The notes under the pieces were generated by a model. That model was not told where the DNA came from and made no database searches. It saw nothing but the letters and a program-made list of their open reading frames with translations. Source: Cyanophora paradoxa CCMP329 (Eukaryota; Plantae; Glaucophyta). Taken from it: a stretch of DNA of 64,000 nt. The stretch's first letter is position 1, and the number at the start of each line of letters is the position of its first letter. The position numbers and the translations under genes were made by a program. The stretch lies in NCBI GenBank assembly GCA_004431415.1, contig QPMI01000526.1, positions 186,001 through 250,000 of the forward strand, written 5' to 3'. Positions 36,101 through 45,000 of the stretch are shown in pieces.

Positions 36101-37121
36101 CAATCTGATGGACAAGACCAATTACATCCTACACATCAAAAACTTGCAGTACTACATCTCAAAAGGATTGAAGGTAACAAAGGTTCATCGTGGGATTATG
36201 TATGATCAATCCGAGTGGTTGAGACCATACATTGATTTCAATACCGTACTGCGGACGCAAGCTCGTAACGATTTTGAGAAAGACTTCTACAAACTCATGA
36301 ATAACTCAGTTTTCGGAAAGACCATGGAGAACGTTCGCAAGCGAAGTAACATAAAGCTTTGCAACGATCCGAGGGTGCAGCTCAAACACAACAGCAATCC
36401 GTTGTTGAAGACAGTGAAGATTATCAATGAGAATCTTACTGCTTTAGAGTTCTATAAGGGTTCTATAATGTTGGATAAACCCATTTATGTTGGTCAGGCT
36501 ATCTTGGATCTGTCCAAACTAATCATGTATCGTTTCCATTACGATTACATCATGGTGAAGTATGGACCTGGATCAGCCAAGCTCCTCATGACTGATACAG
36601 ATTCCCTGTATTATCTGATTGAGACTGATGATATCTACAAAGACATGATTGAGGATTCTCATTGGTTTGATCAGTCTGATTACAACAAATCCCACATCTG
36701 TTACAACCCTAAAAATAAAAAGGTTCCAGGTTTGTTCAAGGATGATTGTGGTGATTATCTCGTCACAAGGTTTGCAGGCTACAAACCAAAAGCATACTCC
36801 TACGAGAAGGAGTTGAATGTTAAGGCTCTTGGTCTTGAAGTTGCTGGTGATACAAAGACTGTGAAGAAGTTGAAGGGAGTTCAGAGGAATGTTGTTCAGA
36901 ATAAATTGGAGTTCCAACAGTTCTACAACACTGTCATGAACCCCCAGGTTCAGCAAGAATCTGTAACAGTTAGAGGCTTCCGATCAAAGAACCACGAGGT
37001 AACAACGCAGGAAATGAAGAAAAGGGCATTTAATGCGCTCGACACTAAGCGGTATCTTTGTGAGGATCTCTATACGACTCTTGCGATTGGACACTATAAA
37101 ACAAAAACGACACTATTATAA
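33159..37121 (+). CDS. polB: Protein-primed family B DNA polymerase with N-terminal terminal-protein/vOTU-like region and inserted EndoVII-like HNH domain
   Basis: ExoI VADFEC, ExoII FHNLKGYDGH, motif A WDANNLYG, motif B KLMNNSVFGK, motif C MTDTDS. CYIC..DHDHVTG..CNTCN (EndoVII-like). NKDNKCFAW..THY. Likely start is ATG 33159 (GTG 33153 is in frame). Confidence 0.96.
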   Translation: MPRAVSIQNARKRQGMLAKLGYLLGAGIINEEQFNALGYFAFIKRLRSAGLKDISDTIDGIIARGEGRLNEQDEIERFGNIEAIEGGNKKTKAERVAEKRNKRAERKQQKKQKKAGRTAKNVEKQKVRERIAKEAKKQREDEKKQREEAEVMQAMNNLVSEVTWRNQTKDNIASAHEFIDRVVRWDPFYNRFRDALRNRRGIKYNLYSMARYVKVATGEIRTMQWTTPFYLIVNDQEIVDTVDESIDALQEVLTSPDSWKLENILTVRLQILTYQPLAGSSYIDLPPGIKKRKAVINPQNKDNKCFAWAVSIGLHQHELSHKHRYDVKRYKKYENEFNWNKFEFPFKNDPRQYERASKMIGRPINVYMVDRSHIVPVHICKDPSKQHLTIDILLWTVNEKTHYGYISSMSRLISNSHHGTRHFCKACLRGFTSETVLETHIKHNKCYDRPNATVDTMPPSGSKTKWDPKRYVDKTVWHPMFVVADFECILQKVDETRGENTAVYQKHIPSGYKIMVIHNNEIIKQVLYRKENPENDDDVTQHFMETLKTIESDLLEKLRHVAPMVMEQWHKEDYRDSVACYICGDEFGSTVTDDNGNTYQVKKVRDHDHVTGDYIGAACNTCNLKRKINPKIPVVFHNLKGYDGHYILKALNFNEPGKEMRCIAQNFEKFIAFDMGPYKFMDSLNFMASSLDGLVKNLSKNNFKFTNEWCDSVNYSQEQRELLMQKGHFPYDYLDSFEKLSETQLPPKEAFYSKLNDTELSDSDYKHCQMVWDAFNCKTLGDYHDIYLATDVALLADVFNTFRNVCYSNYKIDPIHFISAPHLSWFAMLKYTGVELEQLSDPEMYRFFELGIRGGVCMVPNRYAEANNPYMKSYDPSKSTKYITTWDANNLYGKAMSFKLPRGGFEWIDDIENFDYMGFDVEGDRGATLEVNFEYPEHLHDLHSDLPLAPESLIITKSMISPTQLEMIGDEKLPQTRKLVPNLMDKTNYILHIKNLQYYISKGLKVTKVHRGIMYDQSEWLRPYIDFNTVLRTQARNDFEKDFYKLMNNSVFGKTMENVRKRSNIKLCNDPRVQLKHNSNPLLKTVKIINENLTALEFYKGSIMLDKPIYVGQAILDLSKLIMYRFHYDYIMVKYGPGSAKLLMTDTDSLYYLIETDDIYKDMIEDSHWFDQSDYNKSHICYNPKNKKVPGLFKDDCGDYLVTRFAGYKPKAYSYEKELNVKALGLEVAGDTKTVKKLKGVQRNVVQNKLEFQQFYNTVMNPQVQQESVTVRGFRSKNHEVTTQEMKKRAFNALDTKRYLCEDLYTTLAIGHYKTKTTLL

Positions 37122-37123
37122 GG

Positions 37124-38182
37124 ATGGATCAGGTTTTGAGTTACACCAAGTATCGACAGAAATTGATTAAAGAAGGTGTCACATTTGATGAGGAAGAACT
37201 AAGAAAGCGTTTTAAAAATCAAGAGATTGAGCAGATCTTTAAAAAGCCCAGAAAGCAAAAGTCTTTCTTGCGGATCGTTGCTCCACCCAATTCCTTTCAG
37301 GTTGATGTGATTTATTTCAAAAGCTACAAGACAGCAACACATGGAGTGGATAGGATGATGGGATTTGTCGATATATTGAGTCGGAAAGCATTTGTATACC
37401 CTTTCAAGCCAAAGGATTCGAAAATCGATATTTTCAACAGGTTCAAAGTTGAGGCAGGCAAGGTTAGTGCTATCTCAGGAGACAATGAGTTCTCTGCTGA
37501 GATTTATAGGAAATGGTGTGAGGAAAACAATGTAACTCTTTACACTGATGTAGCTAAGAATGACCACATCACAGTAGGTGATAAACTTGGTATTATTGAT
37601 AGGTTTACCAGAACTTTCAAGCAATATTTGAGAAAAGCAATAGTTTCGAGTGGGAACCCCAAATGGACAGATTATTACAAGGAAGTTCTTTCAACTTATA
37701 ACAACAGCCCACACACATCACTTAAGAATGATCCTCCCAATGCAGTTTACGGGAATAACGAGAAAGAATCGTTTATATATTTGCGTGATGCATTGCATAA
37801 TAAGCGTGTTAAAGAAGGTAGCCCAACAGTAAAGGAGGGAGATTATGTTCGAGCTGTAACTGAAAAGAAGACTTTCGATAAAGAAGGAGCAAGATACAGC
37901 AAACAGGTGTATAAAGTAGCAGGCAAGGTAGGTAATCGATTCAGTTTGTTGGAAGAGAATGAGGGAGAGAGTCCAAAAGAAGTGAAACGAAACTTTAAAC
38001 TGAACGAGTTGCAAAAAGTAGATAAGGCAGCAATTGTTAAGATTCCCACACAGAAGCGTGTGGAGCGAGTGAAAAAAACAACAAAGGTGAATAGATTAGT
38101 AGCAAAAGAGGGTATCAAGCCCAATAGGAGCAAAGTAGTTAGGAAGAGGTATAATTTAAGAAGCGGTTTGACTAGGCGTTAG
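37124..38182 (+). CDS. int: Retroviral-type (RVE) integrase
   Basis: FQVDVIYF, VDILSRKAFVYP, SGDNEF, GIIDRFTRTFK, YNNSPHTSL, VKEGDYVR. Consistent with the 6-bp TSD. Confidence 0.92.
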   Translation: MDQVLSYTKYRQKLIKEGVTFDEEELRKRFKNQEIEQIFKKPRKQKSFLRIVAPPNSFQVDVIYFKSYKTATHGVDRMMGFVDILSRKAFVYPFKPKDSKIDIFNRFKVEAGKVSAISGDNEFSAEIYRKWCEENNVTLYTDVAKNDHITVGDKLGIIDRFTRTFKQYLRKAIVSSGNPKWTDYYKEVLSTYNNSPHTSLKNDPPNAVYGNNEKESFIYLRDALHNKRVKEGSPTVKEGDYVRAVTEKKTFDKEGARYSKQVYKVAGKVGNRFSLLEENEGESPKEVKRNFKLNELQKVDKAAIVKIPTQKRVERVKKTTKVNRLVAKEGIKPNRSKVVRKRYNLRSGLTRR

Positions 38183-38541
38183 GTTGTAAGGTATGAGCCA
38201 TCTTTCGATTCAACAATTTTCGTGATAGGTCTAAACACTTTGAAAATTTCTTTATTATGGATTCCTTTAACATACCAACCCTTATTAATGGGATCCCATC
38301 TGAGACCATAAGATTTCGCTAATTGGATATCTTTGAAAGCAACTTGACAATACATTTTAACATTAATGTATTTGATTTCGTCTTCGGTTAGTTTTCGGAA
38401 TTCTTTGAAGATCTCACTGTTTTCATCTTCAACAAACCATAGCTTCTTTTCAAAATCCCATTTTGCGCCTTTTGATTTCACGGATTCACGATCATCATAT
38501 CGAGAGAAAATGTAAAAGCGTTGTTGTGGCTTGGTTTCCAT
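38179..38541 (-). CDS. Tandem DUF5710-like domain protein
   Basis: Two copies of the Kxx.GAxWD...KxW[FY]V motif: VKSKGAKWDFEKKLWFV and AKSYGLRWDPINKGWYV. Confidence 0.75.
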   Translation of the reverse strand: METKPQQRFYIFSRYDDRESVKSKGAKWDFEKKLWFVEDENSEIFKEFRKLTEDEIKYINVKMYCQVAFKDIQLAKSYGLRWDPINKGWYVKGIHNKEIFKVFRPITKIVESKDGSYLTT

Positions 38542-38590
38542 TTTTATTCAGATTATCAGATTATTTTTATATGAAACAATCAATGAGGAA

Positions 38591-38947
38591 TAATCGAGAT
38601 TATGATATAACATCGATTGTTGTTACTGAGGCTTACTGAGATTAAACGTTTTGTTTTGTGTGGTTACTGTGAATGGTTTGTTTTTGTCGAAACGTTTGTG
38701 GAATATCGAAAAGTTTAAAGTTTATTCGATTTTATTACCATATATAATCTCGTGGGGCAGTATGCCAATGATATAACATCGAATTTTGTAAATGATGCTT
38801 ACTGAGATTTACTGAGATTGGTGATTGGGTTACTGAGAATGGTTTGTTTTGTTGAAATGTTTGTTGAAAACATGAAAAAATGAGAGTTTATTCGATTTTA
38901 TTACCATATATAATTTCGTGGGGCAGTATGCCCAATTTACATTTTTT
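38591..38947 (-). repeat. Right terminal inverted repeat (357 bp) of element 1
   Basis: Ends GGGGCAGTATGCCCAATTTACATTTTTT. No mismatch to the left TIR was seen in the stretches compared by eye. Confidence 0.97.
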
Positions 38948-39037
38948 GAGGCGTGCGGTGGCTTTGCATGAATGCGCCCCGCGGCGCCGCGCCGATATCA
39001 TAATTAACCACGACCGGCCGCGGGAATTCGAATTCGA

Positions 39038-41580
39038 ATGAAGTGGGCCGATCCGTCCGCGTTCCTCGTCGGCAGCGCCGTGCTCGGCGGCGTCGTCGTC
39101 TTCATCGCGCTCGTCGACAAGCCCATCCGCAACAGCTTCTTCTTCACAAACGTGCTCCGCCTTCTTCCCTAGCCGGCACGCACGCGCGGGCCGGGAGAGA
39201 GCTCGAGAGTCGCCTCTGCGGTCTCTCTGACTCTGCACGGGATTTCGAAGATAATGGTGGCGACGGTGGCGGGAATCGTCGTCTCGCCTCTCGTCTCGCG
39301 GCTGATCGACCTCGGCGGCGACTTTGGCAGCAATTTCTGGCCGGTCGCCGAGAGCGTTTCTCGGTTTCTCGTTAACAGTGAGATATTCAGACGATCAATG
39401 CGCAAGATGAATTTCTGAAGTATACGCGCAGTGCAGCTCATCGCCACGGCGGTTCGGCTGCCGCACGATTATGTGGCGAGCACGCTTGAATTTTAATTTC
39501 GCACCTCACCTTGAAAGTTTTTGCTCTAACCACTGTAGTTCCCATATATACTCATACTTGCAGAACAGATGACGCATTGGAGCTCCCTCGCCATTGTCCG
39601 TGCGGTCTTATCTAAGCTTCGTATTCAGATGTAAAGTTAATTAGATTAGATTAAATCTTAGCTCCTTCTTCGAGATCAAATTGAAAGGGGGCAGATGATG
39701 CTGGTCGTGATGCCCTTCATGTGGGTCGCGTCGTCCTTCCTCCTCTACGGTTCGAATCTGCTGGAATCGCTTCGTACTTAAGATCGGAGAATTGCTTTGA
39801 TTACTTTGTGCTTACGGTCGTCGTGACGACGGCCGGCCGCCGGCGCCAGCGATCCTGGACGTGGGGGTCTGGGGGGCGCTGCTGATCGGGGGCGCGGTGA
39901 CGCCGACGGACCCCGTGCTCGCCTCGACGCTCATGAGCGGCGACCTCGCCGAGAAGCACCTCCCCGTGAGCCATAGATCTCGAGCTCCTCGAAATCGAAG
40001 ACTGGGATCTAGATCCTGGCGCCCGAGTTCGAAGATCGAGATCTGGGCGCCCGGCGGAAGTGTATCTAGAACTGGATCTCGACGCCGAGCAGGGCCTCAG
40101 AATAGAAATTTGAGCTGGCTCTTCATAAGATGAGCCAGCTCCGTATACGTTTCCAGCTGCTTCCGGATTCAACTCAAGATCCGGATCGGGCGCTGGGCAG
40201 AAGTCCCTCAGGAATCTGATCCAGGCGGAGTCCGGGATCAACGACGGGCTTGCGTACCCCTTCGTCTGGCTCCCCCTCGCCGTCCTCCTGCACGAGGACA
40301 AGGGCTACGCGGCGGGGACCCTCTGGTTCGCCCACGTCATCCTGTACGAGGTCCGAACTCTAGATCGAAAAGCGTATTGTAATATATAAATTAAACAGCG
40401 ATAGCACCAACAGCTCAATAGCACGAACAGCCTTTTGCAAAAACATTATCGATAGCACGAACAGCGTCGACGCTAGCGCTAGCGCAATCAGAGCATATAT
40501 AACTGATCTTTCAATCGTCTTGGTCTCGTTCTAGATCTCTCCCTCTCCCTCTCGCCGAGCTCGAGCCGGGGCGCGGGCAGGTCTGCGTGGGGGCGCTGCT
40601 GGGCGCGGCTCTGGGGGCGGCGCTGGGCTTCGCCGTCCGCTGCGCCTCCCGCCGCCAGCTCGTCCTCGAGGACGCCTTGTGCCCCTCTGCTTTCCTTATC
40701 CGGCCCTCTTACGTATACAATATAATATAATATAGTGCCTCGCGACCTAATAGAATAAGTCACGAGATAGGCTTAATCTCGAGCTCATCATTCATCACGA
40801 CCGCTCTAATTCAAGTACCGCCCCTCACTAAGAAGGATCTTAAGGACCATAAACAATGAAACCTGAAGGACCGCTCTAAACCTCACGATTATATATCCAA
40901 TCACCATAAAATTAGCGGGCAGCACTGCGGCATGTCGATGTACGTGACGGCGGGCTTATATAATTAATTATAAGGACCATATGTATAAAAAATCAAACCT
41001 TAAGGACCGCTCTAAACCTTAAGGACCTCAAGGACCGACGTACTTAAGGTCGGGGGCCGGGCAGCATGTCGATGTACGTGGCGGCGGGGCTGTGGGTCTA
41101 CGGCGTCGCCGGCCTCGTCGGCGTCAACGACTTCCTCGCCGTGCGTCCGCCCCCCCCCCCCCCCCCCCCATCCCTTCCCCCTCCCCCCTTGTGCGCAGCG
41201 CCCCGCCGACAACAAACGATCGGCTTTGAATTAGTTCATCGGCGATCACTGAATTAGATCATCGGCGATCCAATAACATTAATGAAACGACTGGCCTCGA
41301 ATTGATTCTCGGCGATCCGATTGATGGTCGCCGTGGTCGCCGATCGAATGATCGATTACTATTTCGAGTTATTTTGCGATCATTGAGCTCAGCGTCATTT
41401 CGATTCGCTTTCTCCTCCTCGGGCGTTGACTCTTTAATTTCTTAGCGTTCGATTATCGACTTTAGCTTCGAGTTCCCCCTATATAAAATATATATGTATA
41501 GTTATAATCTTGCGGGGTCGGCCCCCGGGCCAGGTCTTCGCGGCGGGCCTGGCAATCTCCTGGCTCCAGGGGCCCCACGG
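39038..41580 (+). CDS. CPA1-family cation/H+ antiporter (Nha1/NhaP-like), N-terminal exons; interrupted downstream
   Basis: MKWADPSAFLVGSAVLGGVVVF.., VTPTDPVLASTLMSG, IQAESGINDGLAYPFVWL, GVNDFLA|VFAAGLAI. The C-terminal TM exons are absent before the foreign DNA begins at ~41740. Confidence 0.88.
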
Positions 41581-42017
41581 TACGCGCGAGTATGCATTTG
41601 ACCGCATGATCCGGCATGATTCGTGACGGGCCGGGGGCATATATGCATGCGCAGACCGGCGGGCTCTAGTGAGCGTCGTCGCGGCCGCTGACGCGGTCCG
41701 GCCCCATCCCTCGCGCCCCAGTCTTAGATATAGATCTAAAGTATTTAAAGATTCATCTCCTTAAAATTCCTATACGTCTAATTGTATAGGCTAAATTTAC
41801 TGGCGACCCTCCAACTGATGCGGCAAAATCTCTTGCATTAGCACACAACACAACTACAATGAGTTTCACATCGCCCAATAAATCTCTCCGACTAGATACT
41901 ATCGAGGACCGTCGTATGCTGTGCTTTAGAAAGTACAAAATGAACGAAAGGTTTGAAGGTTTCGTGTCTAGATATCTAGCTAAGGAGGTTTCTAACTAAT
42001 ACTAATGATGTGGAAGC

Positions 42018-45000
42018 TAGCTGTATCGATTTCTAAACCAACCTAAACTCCCGGCTACGAGGTCCTATCTCTACAAAAGACTCCCAATCATGGTATGTCC
42101 GCCGCCAGCGCTGCCCAAGGGCCTCGCCGCGCCGTGTGCCAGGCTCCTCGCCAGCCCCAGTAGATTGGGCTACTGGCCGCCTCCTGCCGTCGCCTCCGCC
42201 GCCTCCATTTGTTGGTGTTGCGTCCTCCGGCCCCGCCCCCAGACCGCAATCCCCCAGTGTCTCCCTCTAGCGCGGGCGCGCCCTCTGTGTGCCCACGCCC
42301 CAAGCATACCTGTTCGTATGGTCGTATACTTGCATGGCCGCTGAAGCCCGGACCCAGCCGTAGTCGTCTGGCGGGCAGCTCAGGTGTGAGAGGGCTAGGG
42401 TTTCCCCGCCTTGGTGGCGGGACTCGAGGGCACCGCACTCCCTGCAGCGTTCCCGCTGCCGGGGCTCCGGATCCGCGCGCTTCCTGCGAGCGTTGCCAGC
42501 CGTATCGTCAGGCGGCGCGTCGGCCTCGCGCCCGCGCGCCTCAGTGCGCTTCGCCTTGGCGCGACGTTCTTTCATGACCTTCGTGATCCCGCACGCCTTC
42601 TCCCACTCCGCGTACGCCTGGCATCTGGCGGCCCACGTTTTATGGGCCTGCTCGCCTATGGCCGTCGTCAGCTTGCGCACGACCTGGGCAGCTTTCTTGG
42701 CGTCCGTGACGGTCTCGCGAATCATATCGGTGAGGCCCGCCGGGGCAGCCCCCGTAGCACGCACATCTGCGCCTGCCGTTCAGCTGCCGTGAGCGTCGGG
42801 TCGTTTACTCTCGTGACCTTCAGGGAGCTGGAGAGCGCGTGTGGCACTGACCGCTTCTGCGCGCCTTCGAGGGCCTCGCTGACCGTCGCTGCGATGCGTG
42901 CTTCCGCAGCGGTGCGCGCCTCCGTCGCCACCGCGCTGGGGCAGGTGAGGACGTGCTCCAGCGTCTCCTCGGGCCCAGTCACAAGCTGGGGCCGGCCGTC
43001 GCCATCGATTTCCCGTGTGCTGCAGAGCGCACAGAGTCCTGCCGGGTTCACTTCGCTGTAGAGCTCGGGCGCGTCTCGCTTGCGGACGAGGGCCGTCGCC
43101 ACCGTACCCAAAACGAGTTTCATGTGCGTACCCCGGAAGCAGTTGCTCTCTCGGCTCACTCCGACTCGGCGGGCCCCATAGCCATCTGATCGTATACTGC
43201 GCCGTGATCCACTGGCAGCCGTAGCCACTCCCCGGCCTTGAGCTGGTTCGCCCACGCGAAGTGCGTGTGGTGCGCGTGAAGCACAGCGGCGTGCCGCCGA
43301 GGGTCGCCTTCGACTCGCCTGACTATCCCGGTCGGTCCCTCGATCGTCAGCACTGCCGGCATGCTGAACTCGGGCGGCAGGAAGATGTTCTCGTCCAGTT
43401 CCTCCTGTTCCAGGTGCGCGCCTTGATCGGCCGCTCTGTCGGCGGCGTCGTTTAGCTCGTGCATATCCTCGTCGCTGTGCGCCTTGACCTTGATAACCGC
43501 AGCCGGCCGCTGCCGATCCCGTCCCATCACCAGGGCGCGGAACTTGGACCACGCGTACAGCTCAGCGCTGCACGTGTTCCGGATGTAGTCTCGCATGTGC
43601 ATATCGTGCGCATTCAGCACGAACTTATCGAACCACGTGCAGACGTTCTGACTGTCCGTGTGCAGGCGCACCCCCTGCGCCGCGAGCACGTCGGCGACGA
43701 TCGCAGCCTGGAGCTCAGCCTTGTTGTTCTCTTGAAGCCCGCGCAGCCTGCCAACGTACGTGCCTGCCCATTCCGGGTGGTTCGCCACGGTCCCGTCCGG
43801 GAACTCAGCCGGGCTCACGACGCCGAGGCCCGCGTGCGCCCCTTCCGTTTGACCCTTCTTCAGGCTCCCGTCCGTCCATATCCACTGCTCGAGTTTCCCC
43901 GGGCGACGGCCGAGCTTCGCGAGTTCCGCCTCTTCGATCTGCTCCCAATTTGCCAGCATGTGCTGCCAGTAAACGGTGAGGGTGACCCCTTCCTGCGCCG
44001 CCCGGGAGTCCCAGTGGCGCGGCGCTCCGCCCGCGTAGTAGAGTTCGCTCTGCTCTGCTGAATCTGACACAGGTTGTGCCTCGTCCCGCGGCTCGGCGCC
44101 CGGCGTCGCCGCCGCAGCCACTTCCAGCGCGGCCTGCAGCTCAGCCTCGGCCTCCGGGCTCAGCTGTTCGCGGAGGAAGCGCTCGTCACCATCCTGTACG
44201 GCTTTCACGCGGGCCTGGAGAAGCAGCGCCCTGCGTTTCTCGTCGTCTTGCGTGCGCAGGCCCGGGTCGTAGTACTCCAAGGTCGGTCGCAGGGCGACCT
44301 GCTTGCGCCCGCGCTTCGACTTCGTCTCCTGACCCGCCGCTACCGCCGGCGTCTCCTCCGTCGGTTCGCCTTCCAAGGCGAGGAGGGTATCCTCCTCCTC
44401 CCACCAGCCCTTCCCGTGCGTCCACGAGCCGTCGCACTGACTCATTTCGGGGCAGCGCGATGGAGCATTGCGCGTGCACCGGTCGTCATGGTGCCAGTAC
44501 TGCTTCCCTGTCCCCTGCACCGCCGTGTACGTGCTCGTCCGCCCCTCTATTTCGGGGTGCCGGCAGTGACCGTCGCACCGGCAGTAGAGTCCCTCTTTCT
44601 CCGCGTCGGGGTCCGCGCCCTTTGGCACCGGCACCCAGTGCTCCAGCAGGTACTCCGACGCTAATATGCTGCCCGTCTCGGATTTGAACGTAACGACTCG
44701 CCCCACGTGGGGCTCGGCAGATTCATCGTGCAGTTGCTCCGCCTCAAATACGGCTACGAACGCGTCCTTTGCCCACTTCACCTTCCGGGCCCCGCCAGGA
44801 GCGAGGCCATGGCTGACGCGCGCTCTCCTGCCCGCCGCATCGGGTGCCGCAGCTGCTTCCCATCAACCGCGAGCGCGTTCGCTACCTCACGCCACCACGC
44901 AGGCTCGCTCTTCTGCAGCGTCCCCTTGGGCGCGCCCATGTACAGGTCCTGCCAGGTTCGCAGGGTCTCGCCGTCCGCTGCCGTCACCGCGTCCATGGTC

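Larger units (their letters stand above)
27661..38947. mobile_element. Complete endogenous Polinton-like virus / polintovirus (element 1, 11,287 bp)
   Basis: Abrupt switch to AT-rich, intronless, gene-dense DNA. 357-bp TIRs, 6-bp TSD GAGGCG (27655-27660 and 38948-38953), and genes for pPolB, RVE integrase, A32 ATPase and capsid proteins. Confidence 0.97.
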
